This document shows, one piece after another, positions 1 to 9,588 of a stretch of DNA of 64,000 nt. This stretch comes from Synechococcus sp. CO36386bin_29 (GTDB lineage: Bacteria; Cyanobacteriota; Cyanobacteriia; PCC-6307; Cyanobiaceae). Numbering within the stretch: position 1 is the stretch's first letter; every line of letters starts with the position of its first letter. The notes beneath the pieces are model-generated. The model was given only the letters and a program-made list of their open reading frames with translations. It was not told where the DNA came from and made no database searches. Location of the stretch: the NCBI GenBank assembly GCA_011523835.1, contig WTFZ01000194.1, positions 134-64,133 on the forward strand, given 5' to 3'. Both the position numbers and the translations under genes were made by a program.

Positions 1-1
1 G

Positions 2-1357
2 CTTCACTTCCGCCAGAGTTCACCTCGCTATGCGGATTTGGTTCAGGAGGCAAGAGAAGAGTGGCGTGCGCGGCGTGGTTCTGATGAGCACATCGCAGCA
101 CAGGGGCGCAATCTTGATCTTCTTGAACAGGAGTTAAGCCGTCAGCAGGCTTTGGACCCAGATCTCGTCAGCGCGTTGGCGACTGCCAAATCCGAGGGGT
201 ATGACCTCTGGCAGAAAGCCAGGCGAGCTGACGATTTCGAGAAGTTCGCTCCGGCCCTGCGGACCATGATCGCTCTGCGCCAGGAGCAGGCTCGACAACT
301 TCAGGAGCCGCGAGGTTGCTGGGAAACTCTGGCGCAACCTTTTGAGCCCGATCTCACGCTGGCGCGGTTACAAGAGCTTTTCGCGCCACTGAGGAAACGC
401 CTGCCTGAATTGCTCGGTCGGATCCCAAGCGGACCGCGTCCCGCCTCCCTGAGCTGGGATTTGCCGGCGGATGTTCAACAGAATCTCAGCATGCAGTTGC
501 TTCAGGACTGGGGGCGCAATGAAGCGATCACGTGTGTCGCTGAGTCACCCCACCCTTTCTCCATCACGCTGGGTCCATCTGATTACCGCATCACAACCCG
601 AGTGGTGCCTGGTCAGCCGCTGTCCTGTTTTCTGGCAACGGCCCATGAATGGGGACACTCTTTGTACGAACAGGGGCTTCCGGATGTCAGCCATCAATGG
701 TTCGCCTGGCCGCTAGGGCAGGCCACATCCATGGCAGTGCACGAAAGCCAGTCATTGTTCTGGGAAAACAGAGTGGCTCGCAGCTTGCCGTTTGCAGACC
801 TTTGGTGGCAACGCTTCGCCTCTGCAGGGGCACCTTTGGATTCAGCCCATGATTTCTGGCAGGCCATGAATCCCATGGCACCCGGTTGTAACCGCGTGGA
901 GGCTGATGAGCTGAGCTATGGCTTGCATATTCTGATTCGCCTCGATCTGGAGCTTGCCTTGCTTGAACAGGGTCTGCCGGTTGAGGATCTGCCGAAGCAG
1001 TGGAACCAACGTTACAAAGACTTGCTGGGTGTGGTCCCAGCCAATGATGCAGAGGGTTGCCTCCAGGATGTGCACTGGAGTGAGGGTTTGTTTGGATACT
1101 TCCCCTCTTATCTCCTCGGTCATCTGATCAGTGCTCAGTTGAGTGAAGCGATGGAATCCTCGATCGGTGAGCCTGAAGTTCATATCCGCAATGGCGGAAC
1201 CGATGTGATGTTGAATTGGTTGCGTCAGCATGTGCATCCAATCGGTCGGGCCCTGAATGCTGAGCAATTGGTGGAGAAGGTGAGTGGAAAGCCTCTGACA
1301 GCTGATTCCTTCTTGAGATACCTGGAAAACAAGATCGATAACTTTGGCGCTTGTTAA
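2..1357 (+). CDS. Carboxypeptidase Taq (M32 metallopeptidase), 5'-truncated by window
   Basis: HEWGH zinc motif, HESQS, HPFS, DYRITTR and GCLQDVHWS..FGYFPSY M32 signatures; frame is open back to position 2, so the true start lies upstream. Confidence 0.93.
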   Translation, partial: LHFRQSSPRYADLVQEAREEWRARRGSDEHIAAQGRNLDLLEQELSRQQALDPDLVSALATAKSEGYDLWQKARRADDFEKFAPALRTMIALRQEQARQLQEPRGCWETLAQPFEPDLTLARLQELFAPLRKRLPELLGRIPSGPRPASLSWDLPADVQQNLSMQLLQDWGRNEAITCVAESPHPFSITLGPSDYRITTRVVPGQPLSCFLATAHEWGHSLYEQGLPDVSHQWFAWPLGQATSMAVHESQSLFWENRVARSLPFADLWWQRFASAGAPLDSAHDFWQAMNPMAPGCNRVEADELSYGLHILIRLDLELALLEQGLPVEDLPKQWNQRYKDLLGVVPANDAEGCLQDVHWSEGLFGYFPSYLLGHLISAQLSEAMESSIGEPEVHIRNGGTDVMLNWLRQHVHPIGRALNAEQLVEKVSGKPLTADSFLRYLENKIDNFGAC

Positions 1358-1602
1358 CTATCAGTTGATCAGTGAACTTCTGTCCTATCTTGCTGTTCAC
1401 AAGGTGGTGTTAATCGTTGGCTTCTCTTGAATTTTTCGGTTGGGCTTCTTCATGATTGACGTAAGGTTCATTTCTCAACACGGTTGTCCCGTTCTGATCG
1501 CTGTCGATGTCAAATCACAAGGTCGTGCTCTTGGTGTCGCTGGGATAACTCCGCTGGTCTGAGGGTGGGCTCCTAAGATCGCCCCGCCGAATGCCCCTTT
1601 CC

Positions 1603-2190
1603 ATGGCCAATCTCGACCAGGCTCCCAGTCGCAGCATGCCCAACCTGCTGCACGTGCTTCCGGCGTTCGCTGACGAGTCAGAACTGCGTCTGAACACGAT
1701 CGTGGAACTCAACTCCAACACGATCAACAAGTACGAGCTGATCACGGAAACAGGCCATCTGAAGCTGGATCGCGTTGGCTATTCATCCCTTGCTTACCCC
1801 TTCGCCTACGGCTGCATTCCCCGCACCTGGGATGAGGATGGTGATCCGCTTGATATTGAAATCGTCAATGTCACCGAACCCCTGATCCCCGGATCCATTG
1901 TTGAGGCCCGCATCATCGGCATCATGACGTTTGATGATGGTGGTGAAGTCGACGACAAGGTGATCGCAGTGCTCGCTGACGACAAGCGCATGGATCACAT
2001 CAAGAGTTTTGAGGATCTTGGCGATCACTGGAAGAAGGAGACCACGTATTACTGGGAGCATTACAAGGATCTCAAGAAGCCTGGAACCTGCACGGTGAAT
2101 GGATTCTTCGGCACCGAGAAAGCCGTTGAGATCATTAAGACCTGTGAGGCCAGGTATATGGCTGAGATTGATCCCAAGCTCGTTGATTGA
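1603..2190 (+). CDS. ppa: Soluble inorganic pyrophosphatase, family I (marine picocyanobacterial long type)
   Basis: NKYE, LDR, YGCIPRTWDEDGDPLD, D..EVDDK and YK motifs all intact; ATG at 1603 preferred over 1591. Confidence 0.93.
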   Translation: MANLDQAPSRSMPNLLHVLPAFADESELRLNTIVELNSNTINKYELITETGHLKLDRVGYSSLAYPFAYGCIPRTWDEDGDPLDIEIVNVTEPLIPGSIVEARIIGIMTFDDGGEVDDKVIAVLADDKRMDHIKSFEDLGDHWKKETTYYWEHYKDLKKPGTCTVNGFFGTEKAVEIIKTCEARYMAEIDPKLVD

Positions 2191-2237
2191 AGCCATGGTA
2201 TGGAGGAGATCCGTTGGATCTCCTTCCTCCTTGCTTG

Positions 2238-2270
2238 ATGCCGCTTACACCACGGTGAGCGGCATTTTTT
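2238..2270 (+). terminator. Rho-independent terminator after ppa
   Basis: ATGCCGCTTAC-accacg-GTGAGCGGCAT: 11-bp stem (one G-U pair) followed by a T run. Confidence 0.8.
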
Positions 2271-2282
2271 GTTTTCACGATC

Positions 2283-3260
2283 TCAGGGTTTGAGCAGTAA
2301 AGGGCCCGGTGTGGCTGGGATGTTGTACTTCACCCTCAAGTCCACAACGGGTTGATCGGCGATCGCCCAGAAATCAAGGTCTTGAATGAGATTGACGGAG
2401 CAGGCCAAGCCTTTTTCATATCCAGCCATGGCGGCATCAGGAATGAACTGACCGGTTTCCGGAGGGATGATGCTGTTGCTTGTGCTGAACGCTTTGCCGA
2501 GGTGGAAGTCGAGAATCACTTCCAGAAGGGATTCAAAGCCGAAGCCATCGGTGAACAGTCCTGCCTGAAAGGCCGCCACATTCATCTCTCCAGCGCAGTC
2601 GGTGTTGAATCCGCCAAGGATGTGGCAGCAGTCGTGATTCACAAGAAGCTCTGAAGTGCTCTTGTGCTCCCCTGGCAGAGCCCAGCCGCGGTCGCGGTAC
2701 CAGTGAAAGAACGTGTGGCCGAGAGTTCCTTCCGCGTACGTGTCGAGCGTGGCGTAACGGCTGGCGATGGATGCATCACCGATGGCCTGATGAACAGCTG
2801 CGATCACACCGCGAACGAAGCGGGAGGGAGTGTCCAGCCCTAAAAATTCACCCATGCTTCTGCGCCCGTAGTCGAGAAGCAGGCGTCTGAGGTGGTTGTC
2901 TCTCACCTCGTGCAGGTCTCGAAGTGTCTGCGGACTGATCTCGAGAAACGATGCGAAATCATCGACAACGCCCACCATGCGTGGATCCACGTTCATGTCC
3001 ACATAGGGAATGAGTACGAGGATCTGAATCAGCTGGTTTCGTTTGCGTTGATCGGAGATCAACGCGGGGTAATCGGGCGGATGGCGAATCTCAAGAGATC
3101 CGAGATCCACGGAGGAATGCAGAACATGGCGCTGAATCGCCTCCATCATCTCCAGAGTGATCGGTTCCAGCGAAAGCACGCCTCCTGCCGTTCCAACGGT
3201 CTTGATCGCCTGCAGAAAGAGACGTGCTTCCGCGTCTGTCCAATGAAGCTGCTGGGGCAT
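2283..3260 (-). CDS. Hypothetical protein: N-terminal TerB-like helical domain plus C-terminal Coq4-like domain
   Basis: EGTLG..F followed by HDCCH-x11-E (Coq4 metal motif); N-terminal LVL.PYVDMNVD...VDDFASFLEIS resembles TerB; start at 3260 or 3290. Confidence 0.65.
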   Translation of the reverse strand: MPQQLHWTDAEARLFLQAIKTVGTAGGVLSLEPITLEMMEAIQRHVLHSSVDLGSLEIRHPPDYPALISDQRKRNQLIQILVLIPYVDMNVDPRMVGVVDDFASFLEISPQTLRDLHEVRDNHLRRLLLDYGRRSMGEFLGLDTPSRFVRGVIAAVHQAIGDASIASRYATLDTYAEGTLGHTFFHWYRDRGWALPGEHKSTSELLVNHDCCHILGGFNTDCAGEMNVAAFQAGLFTDGFGFESLLEVILDFHLGKAFSTSNSIIPPETGQFIPDAAMAGYEKGLACSVNLIQDLDFWAIADQPVVDLRVKYNIPATPGPLLLKP

Positions 3261-3379
3261 TGATTGGGTTCCGATGCTGCGATCTAGCACCCAGGCCTGG
3301 ATGACGTTGTCGTTGCGTAGACCCCCTGATGGGTTTCTTCAGAAAGTCCTCCAATGGTGGACGGTTTTTGCTCTGGCCA

Positions 3380-3928
3380 ATGAATAGCTTGAGACCAATA
3401 AGTCTTGCGTGTCTCGAGATGAAGCGCTTCTGTGTTGCCCGGGGGGCTTGCGGTGCGGCCGCTGTCGCTGCAGTGATTCTTGGTGGTGCGGCTCCCGCTT
3501 CAGCCTCGATGGCGCCTGCTCCGGTGGCTGGAGACACGCAGATTCATCTCGACCTGAGACAGCGGCGTATCAGTGTGATCCGTAACGGTCAACGCATCGG
3601 ACCTTGGCCTGTGGCCATTGGAGACCCCAAGACTCCCACTCCGACCGGTGTCTTTCAGGTTGAGAACAAGCGGGTGAATCCTCAGTACGAAAGCACCAAG
3701 TCAGGCCGCGTTCATCCGGTGACCGGACCCTCCGGTCCCTTGGGCCATCGCTGGATCGGCTTTCTTCAACAGGGGCCCAACCAGTTCGGGATTCATGGAA
3801 CACCCTGGCCCCATTGGGTGATGATCCGCGCGGCAGTCTCCAATGGCTGCGTGCGCATGCTCAACGCCCATGTGCAACAGCTTTATGAGCTTGTGGATGT
3901 GGGAACCCCGGTGAAGATCACCCGATGA
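3380..3928 (+). CDS. L,D-transpeptidase (YkuD/ErfK/YbiS family), exported
   Basis: PVAIG..TPTPTG.F, GIHGT..SNGCVRM catalytic motif, VGTPV end, signal-peptide-like Ala-rich N-terminus; start uncertain (3329/3380/3419). Confidence 0.9.
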   Translation: MNSLRPISLACLEMKRFCVARGACGAAAVAAVILGGAAPASASMAPAPVAGDTQIHLDLRQRRISVIRNGQRIGPWPVAIGDPKTPTPTGVFQVENKRVNPQYESTKSGRVHPVTGPSGPLGHRWIGFLQQGPNQFGIHGTPWPHWVMIRAAVSNGCVRMLNAHVQQLYELVDVGTPVKITR

Positions 3929-3961
3929 TGCCGAGTTCCTTCAACAAGGGGAGGCCTTCGC

Positions 3962-4915
3962 TCAGGCTTCGGGGCGCATCTCCGTAAAGATCTCCTGGAG
4001 GATTTCTCCGGCACCGCGGGATTTCAGGTCTGCGGCAAGGTCTCGCCCGATGGCTTCAGGATCGGTGAGGCTGCCTCGACGTTCGTCACGGATCAGGCGC
4101 TGACCATCCAGGCTGGCCACCATGCCGGTGAGGATGAGCTCCTGACCGTCGATGCGGCTGTTCACGCCGATGGGCACCTGGCATCCTCCCTCCAGTTCGC
4201 GCAGGAAGGCCCGTTCGGCCAGACAGCGTCCGGCTGTGGGTGCATGTTCGAGAACCTGAATGATTTTCAGCACCTCAGGTCGATCGCAGACGCACTCGAT
4301 TCCGAGAGCACCCTGCCCAACGGCGTGAAGGGAGATGTGACCCGGGATGATCTGGTGGATGCGGTCCCCGAATCCAAGCCGGGTCAGGCCAGCGGCCGCA
4401 AGGATCAAGCAGTCGTATTGGCCCGCGTCGAGTTTCTCGAGCCGGGTGATCACATTCCCGCGCACATCTTTGAACTGGAGATGGGGGAAGTGATGGCGCA
4501 GCTGGGCCAGCCTGCGCAGGGAGCTGGTACCAACCACTGAGCCTTCCGGAAGGGTTTCCAGTGTGTGGTCAGCATTTTTGCTGTTGACCACAAGGGCGTC
4601 TGCGGGATCCTCGCGTTCGGTGATGCATCCCAGCATCAGTCCGTCTGGAAGATTCGTCGGTAAATCCTTCAGGGAGTGAACGGCGATCTCCGCTCTGCCC
4701 ACAAGCATCTGGGCTTCGAGTTCTTTGGTGAAGAGGCCCTTGTCTCCGATTTTGGCGAGGGCCACGTCGAGAATTTTGTCGCCCTGAGTGGCCATGGCTT
4801 CCACTGAGATTGCCAAGCCGGGGTGTGCGGACTCCAGTTCCGCCTTCACCCAATTGGTCTGAACCATGGCCAGCTGGCTGCGGCGGGATGCAATGCGCAG
4901 GTGCTCGAGAGCCAT
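3962..4915 (-). CDS. hemC: Porphobilinogen deaminase (hydroxymethylbilane synthase)
   Basis: [46 protein letters not shown]. Confidence 0.97.
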   Translation of the reverse strand: MALEHLRIASRRSQLAMVQTNWVKAELESAHPGLAISVEAMATQGDKILDVALAKIGDKGLFTKELEAQMLVGRAEIAVHSLKDLPTNLPDGLMLGCITEREDPADALVVNSKNADHTLETLPEGSVVGTSSLRRLAQLRHHFPHLQFKDVRGNVITRLEKLDAGQYDCLILAAAGLTRLGFGDRIHQIIPGHISLHAVGQGALGIECVCDRPEVLKIIQVLEHAPTAGRCLAERAFLRELEGGCQVPIGVNSRIDGQELILTGMVASLDGQRLIRDERRGSLTDPEAIGRDLAADLKSRGAGEILQEIFTEMRPEA

Positions 4916-5086
4916 GGACATTTCAAAAGGATGGGTCACCCTACGAAGCCGAGGGCTGTGTTTCTTCTCCCCTTGAAGAGAGTGATACGGAATGGCAGGG
5001 AGCAGTTCCCTGGGAGGGCGTGCCGGCTTCCAGGTCGTCGACAATGACTGGCCAGCTTTACGATTAATCTCTATTGATTGATTTCC

Positions 5087-5539
5087 ATGCCAGGACCTGT
5101 TGTCAACGGCGTGAAAACGGGTCGAGCTTCCTCGAGTGAGACAGTGCCGCCAGTGGCTGAATCACTTCCTTTCCTGCCGGTGCTCAGCGAGGGCGCGATT
5201 CGTGTTGTGCTTCTCACCAGTGGAGACTGGCTTATCGCGCGTCTTCGGCAAACCACTGATTCCGATGGTGACCGTGCTTATCAGTTAATCAGACCCCTCC
5301 GGTTGATTGGTGAGCTAAACAGTGAGCATTGGTCGCTTCAGCCATTTCTTGAGGGGCTGACACCGCAACGCAACATTGTGATGTTGAAGGCTGCCGTAGC
5401 GGCAGTGCTTGAGCCTGAGGCCAGGATTCTTCAGGTTTACACCCGCTCCACCAATCAGGAGTGTCCACCATCGGAAACACCTGTTGAGCGCTTGAAGAAA
5501 GCGTTCCAGGAATTTACGGAGAGTATTGAAAGTAGTTGA
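5087..5539 (+). CDS. Conserved hypothetical picocyanobacterial protein
   Basis: ~150-aa ORF filling the gap between hemC and rpoD; [16 protein letters not shown] suggests an Sm-like beta fold; no function assignable. Confidence 0.65.
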   Translation: MPGPVVNGVKTGRASSSETVPPVAESLPFLPVLSEGAIRVVLLTSGDWLIARLRQTTDSDGDRAYQLIRPLRLIGELNSEHWSLQPFLEGLTPQRNIVMLKAAVAAVLEPEARILQVYTRSTNQECPPSETPVERLKKAFQEFTESIESS

Positions 5540-5595
5540 TGACAAGGACATTTAAGATCGGTTTGGCCCTCTCAATCAAAAAAGTATCGATTTAA

Positions 5596-5640
5596 AAATC
5601 CTTGGCTGACATCACGCGAATCGTTGATGTCAGCGGATTT
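5596..5640 (-). terminator. Hairpin terminator downstream of rpoD (probably bidirectional)
   Basis: GCTGACATCA (5605-5614) / TGATGTCAGC (5625-5634) 10-bp inverted repeat, extendable by AAATCC/GGATTT, with a T run on the minus strand; lies between convergent genes. Confidence 0.65.
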
Positions 5641-5649
5641 CAGATTTCG

Positions 5650-6999
5650 TTATTTGATGTATTCCTTGAGGACGCCGTTGCGGTTGGGATGGCGGAGTTT
5701 TCTGAGAGCTTTGGCCTCGATCTGGCGGATGCGTTCTCGGGTCACATCGAAGATCTGGCCGATCTCCTCCAGGGTCTTCATTCGACCGTCATCGAGGCCG
5801 TAGCGCAGTCGCAGCACATCCCGTTCACGAGGACTGAGGGTGGCCAGGACGCCTTCGAGGTCTTCACGAAGAAGATTTTTGGCAACATCCTGCTCTGGAT
5901 TTTCGATATCGGCTTCAATGAAGTCGCCCAGTCGGGAGTCTTCTTCTTTGCCGATCGGGGTCTCCAGGGAAATGGGGAGCTGGGCGCTCTTGGCGATGAA
6001 ACGCAGCTTTTCGATGGTCATCTCCATCGATTCAGCAATCTCCTCTTCGGTGGGCTTGCGGCCGAACTCCTGGCTGAGAACTTTGGTGGTCTTTTTGATG
6101 CGTGAAATGGTCTCGTAGAGGTGAACCGGTAGACGGATGGTGCGCGACTGGTCGGCGATCGCACGGGTGATTGCCTGGCGAATCCACCAAGTGGCGTAGG
6201 TGGAGAACTTGTAACCCTTCTCGTGATCGAATTTTTCGGCGGCGCGGATCAGGCCGAGGCTGCCCTCCTGAATCAGGTCCTGAAAGCTCAGCCCCCGGTT
6301 CATGTATTTCTTGGCGATCGACACCACCAGCCTCAGGTTCGATTGCACCATCTTTTCCTTGGCCCTGCGGCCCAACATCAATCGCCTGCGGAAGCGAATG
6401 ACTGGCATCTCCACGAGGGCAGCCCATTCCTTGGTGTCTGGAAGCTTTCCGTTGTCGCTTTCAAATTGGGCTGCCAGTTCTTCCAGATGAAGTAAGTCAG
6501 CAATCTTTCGAGCCAGTTCAATCTCTTCATCAGGACGCAGCAGCCTGATTCGACCGATTTCCTGGAGATAGACACGGATGGAGTCTTCGGTGTAGACCCC
6601 CTTCGGACCGACTTTGATACTGGCAAGAACCTTGGCTTTGGCCTCGGCTTTGGCTTTCTCTTCCTTGCTTGGACTTGCGGCTTCTGGCGTTGCCTTGGAA
6701 GTCTCGGTGGCTTTCCCTGCGGCGTTGGCCAGCAATTGATCGGCCGCGGCATCCAGATCTTTGGATGTTGAGGCAGAGGACTTTGTGCGACTGCGCGATG
6801 ACGATTTTGTGGCTTTTGCTGTTTTCGCTGCAGGCTTGGCTTTGGAGCTCTTCGTAGACGTCGATGCAGCCTTGCTCTTGGGCTTCGCTTTGGTTTTGAT
6901 GGTCAATTCCTTGGGTTGACCATTGGCATCAGCCATCATCACGATTGCTGGTGCTTTTTTGTCTTCCGCCGCAGCGGACTTGCGCACAGCAGGGCTCAT
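5650..6999 (-). CDS. rpoD: Principal RNA polymerase sigma factor (group 1, SigA)
   Basis: [69 protein letters not shown]; long K/S/A-rich N-terminus. Confidence 0.97.
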   Translation of the reverse strand: MSPAVRKSAAAEDKKAPAIVMMADANGQPKELTIKTKAKPKSKAASTSTKSSKAKPAAKTAKATKSSSRSRTKSSASTSKDLDAAADQLLANAAGKATETSKATPEAASPSKEEKAKAEAKAKVLASIKVGPKGVYTEDSIRVYLQEIGRIRLLRPDEEIELARKIADLLHLEELAAQFESDNGKLPDTKEWAALVEMPVIRFRRRLMLGRRAKEKMVQSNLRLVVSIAKKYMNRGLSFQDLIQEGSLGLIRAAEKFDHEKGYKFSTYATWWIRQAITRAIADQSRTIRLPVHLYETISRIKKTTKVLSQEFGRKPTEEEIAESMEMTIEKLRFIAKSAQLPISLETPIGKEEDSRLGDFIEADIENPEQDVAKNLLREDLEGVLATLSPRERDVLRLRYGLDDGRMKTLEEIGQIFDVTRERIRQIEAKALRKLRHPNRNGVLKEYIK

Positions 7000-7293
7000 G
7001 GAAACTCGGGCGAAGAACGTCGATGTCGAGAGTGCGACTGTGGCTTCTGAAGGGTTCAGAGGCCGTTCACTAGGTCTTTCGCTACCCGTTGCTCTGGGGC
7101 AGACAACACGAGACAGTGATCAAATCAGTCGATGGGTTTGCGGGTTAATGCAGGGCTGTCAGGGGCGTTCTCAGACCGGTGAGCCGAAAGGTGAAACCTG
7201 ACTCAAGCAACGTGTCTTCCCACTGGACGGAACTCTGCATTGTTCCGACAACAGCTTTGAGCTGTCCAACAGAATCATCTTAAGAAAAAACAT

Positions 7294-9585
7294 GTGATGT
7301 CTGCAACCCCAGTGGAATCCAGTCAGCCGACCGGAGCGCATGCTCCTTTCACTGTGGTGGATGTCTGGCTGGAAGCAGGGCGGGACGGGCGCACGTTCAC
7401 GTACGGGGACTATCAGCAGCTGGGGCTTTCGCTCGGTGACCTCGTGGTCGTGCGTTTGCGTGGCCGTCGTCTGCAGGGGCTCGTCACAGCCTCACGACCC
7501 TTCAGCGAAGACGACCTCCAGCGTTCCAAACCACTTCTGCCCGTGGATGCTCTGCTGCAGCGGGCAGCGGTGGACGCCGACTGGCGTGACTGGCTCGATG
7601 CCATGGCGGCCTTCTGTCACACCAGTTCCTTCCGGATGCTCAAAGCAGCCTTGCCACCAGGCTGGCTAGGGCAGCGGGCGAAGCCCCCTGCCTCTGGCCG
7701 AAAGCTGTGGTGGGTTGCTCTTCAGCCGGCAGACGAGGCGCTTCCGCCTTGCTCCACCCGTCAGCAAGCTTTGCTGCATTATCTCGAAGCCGCTGGGGGT
7801 GGAGCTTGGCAGCGCGATCTTTTGAACCAGGGGTTTCATGCCGGGATCGTGCAGTCCCTGCACAGCAAGGGGTATGTGCGCCGAGAGCAGCGGCTCGCGT
7901 CGGCGTCTGGATCCTCCAATGAACGCCATGGCGCTTGCGGCGAACAAGACGGGCTGGAACCACCACGCCACCTCACCGGAGAACAGCAGGCGGCGATCGA
8001 TCGGTTTCAGGCCTTGCCTGACGGCGGTGGTCTTCTGTTGTGGGGAATCACAGGCTCAGGCAAAACAGAGGTGTATCTGCAGTTGGCAGCTGCGGAGATC
8101 GACCGTGGTCGTCACTGCCTTCTTCTCACCCCTGAAATCGGCTTGATTCCGCAGTTGGCGGATCGCTGCCGCAACCGCTTCGGCCGGCGGGTGCTCGAAT
8201 ATCACAGCGGCTGCAGCGATGGGGAGAGGGTGCGCTGCTGGCGCCGCTGCCTCGAAGCCGATGAGCCGCTTCTGGTGGTTGGAACCCGCTCAGCGATCTT
8301 TCTGCCTTTGCGTCCCCTCGGCCTTGTCGTGCTTGATGAAGAGCACGACAGCTCCTACAAGCAGGAGTCGCCAATGCCCTGCTACCACGCCCGGGATCTT
8401 GCTCTGGATCGGATTCGCCGACAGGGCGGTCGACTTCTGCTCGGGAGTGCCACCCCCTCGCTTGAGTCCTGGAGCAGGCTTCAACCGCAGGGGCCGCTCG
8501 AACTGGCGCGGCTTTCCTCGCGGATCTCGAGCCAACCCCTGCCACCGGTTCGCATCATCGACATGCGTCATGAGCTGGCGGAAGGCCATAAGCAACTCAT
8601 CAGTCGCGCTCTGATGGATCGATTGGCTGCACTGCCTGCCAAGGGAGAGCAGGCCGTTGTTCTGGTTCCGCGCCGCGGCTACAGCACTTTTCTCAGCTGC
8701 CGCAGCTGCGGTGAGGTGGTGATGTGTCCGCATTGTGATGTGGCCATGACTGTGCATGGCAGCCGTTCGCAGCAGCAGTGGCTGCGCTGTCACTGGTGTG
8801 ACCATCGCGCTGCTGTGACCGACCACTGCACAGCCTGCGGTTCGTTGGCGTTCAAGCCGTTCGGGGCAGGGACGCAACGGGTGATGGAACGGCTGTCCGA
8901 GGAGCTCGATGGGTTGCGCCTGCTCCGATTCGATCGCGACACCACGGGGGGGAGAGATGGACATCGGCGCCTGTTGGCTCGATTCGCTGATGGTGAAGCT
9001 GATGTTCTGGTCGGGACCCAGATGCTGGCTAAGGGGATGGATCTGCCCCGGGTCACCCTGGCGGCAGTGCTCGCGGCTGACGGCCTGTTGCACCGTCCTG
9101 ATCTGCGGGCTGGTGAGCACGCGCTGCAGCTCATGCTTCAACTCGCCGGCAGGGCAGGCCGTGGGGAGAAGCCCGGTGAGGTGCTGGTTCAGACCTACAG
9201 CCCGGATCACCCGGTGATCCAGCATCTGATCGACGGGCGCTACGAACGTTTTCTCGCGGAGGAATCGGCTCTCAGGCAGCAGGCGGGGCTGGTTCCCTTT
9301 GCGCGAGCCTGCCTGCTCCGATTGGCGGGTGCTTCCGCCGCAGCCACGGCGACGGCCGGAACTCTCCTGGCAGAACAACTTCGTCCTCTGTGCGCCGCTG
9401 CCGGTTGGCAGCTCCTCGGACCGGCGCCGGCGCCGGTCGCCCGTGTGGCGGGGCGCAGCCGTTGGCAGCTGCTCCTTCATGGTCCGCCTGAATCGTCCAT
9501 TCCCCTGCCGGAGGGTTCGGCTCTCTGGGCCGGGTTGCCCAAGGATGTGACCCTCTCCGTGGATCCCGATCCTCTGCAACTCTGA
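7294..9585 (+). CDS. priA: Primosomal protein N' (replication restart helicase)
   Basis: GITGSGKTEVY Walker A, DEEH, GSATPS, four CxxC zinc knuckles, GTQMLAKG.D.P, QLAGRAGR. Confidence 0.96.
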   Translation: MMSATPVESSQPTGAHAPFTVVDVWLEAGRDGRTFTYGDYQQLGLSLGDLVVVRLRGRRLQGLVTASRPFSEDDLQRSKPLLPVDALLQRAAVDADWRDWLDAMAAFCHTSSFRMLKAALPPGWLGQRAKPPASGRKLWWVALQPADEALPPCSTRQQALLHYLEAAGGGAWQRDLLNQGFHAGIVQSLHSKGYVRREQRLASASGSSNERHGACGEQDGLEPPRHLTGEQQAAIDRFQALPDGGGLLLWGITGSGKTEVYLQLAAAEIDRGRHCLLLTPEIGLIPQLADRCRNRFGRRVLEYHSGCSDGERVRCWRRCLEADEPLLVVGTRSAIFLPLRPLGLVVLDEEHDSSYKQESPMPCYHARDLALDRIRRQGGRLLLGSATPSLESWSRLQPQGPLELARLSSRISSQPLPPVRIIDMRHELAEGHKQLISRALMDRLAALPAKGEQAVVLVPRRGYSTFLSCRSCGEVVMCPHCDVAMTVHGSRSQQQWLRCHWCDHRAAVTDHCTACGSLAFKPFGAGTQRVMERLSEELDGLRLLRFDRDTTGGRDGHRRLLARFADGEADVLVGTQMLAKGMDLPRVTLAAVLAADGLLHRPDLRAGEHALQLMLQLAGRAGRGEKPGEVLVQTYSPDHPVIQHLIDGRYERFLAEESALRQQAGLVPFARACLLRLAGASAAATATAGTLLAEQLRPLCAAAGWQLLGPAPAPVARVAGRSRWQLLLHGPPESSIPLPEGSALWAGLPKDVTLSVDPDPLQL

Positions 9586-9588
9586 CGA

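Noticed and set aside
1397-1471. 24-codon minus-strand ORF (MNLTSIMKKPNRKIQEKPTINTTL) in the AT-rich gap before ppa
   Set aside because: Too short, no motif and no clear RBS; more likely promoter or UTR sequence. Cannot be supported without conservation data.
7000-7293. Long rpoD-priA divergent spacer as a riboswitch or ncRNA
   Set aside because: No recognisable aptamer or strong stem-loop; adequately explained by divergent promoters and a sigA 5' leader.
8290-9579. 429-aa antisense ORF inside priA (similarly 27617-28648 in ftsI, 41391-42524 and 63064-63984)
   Set aside because: Shadow ORFs expected from GC-rich codon bias opposite well-supported genes; they contain no recognisable motifs.
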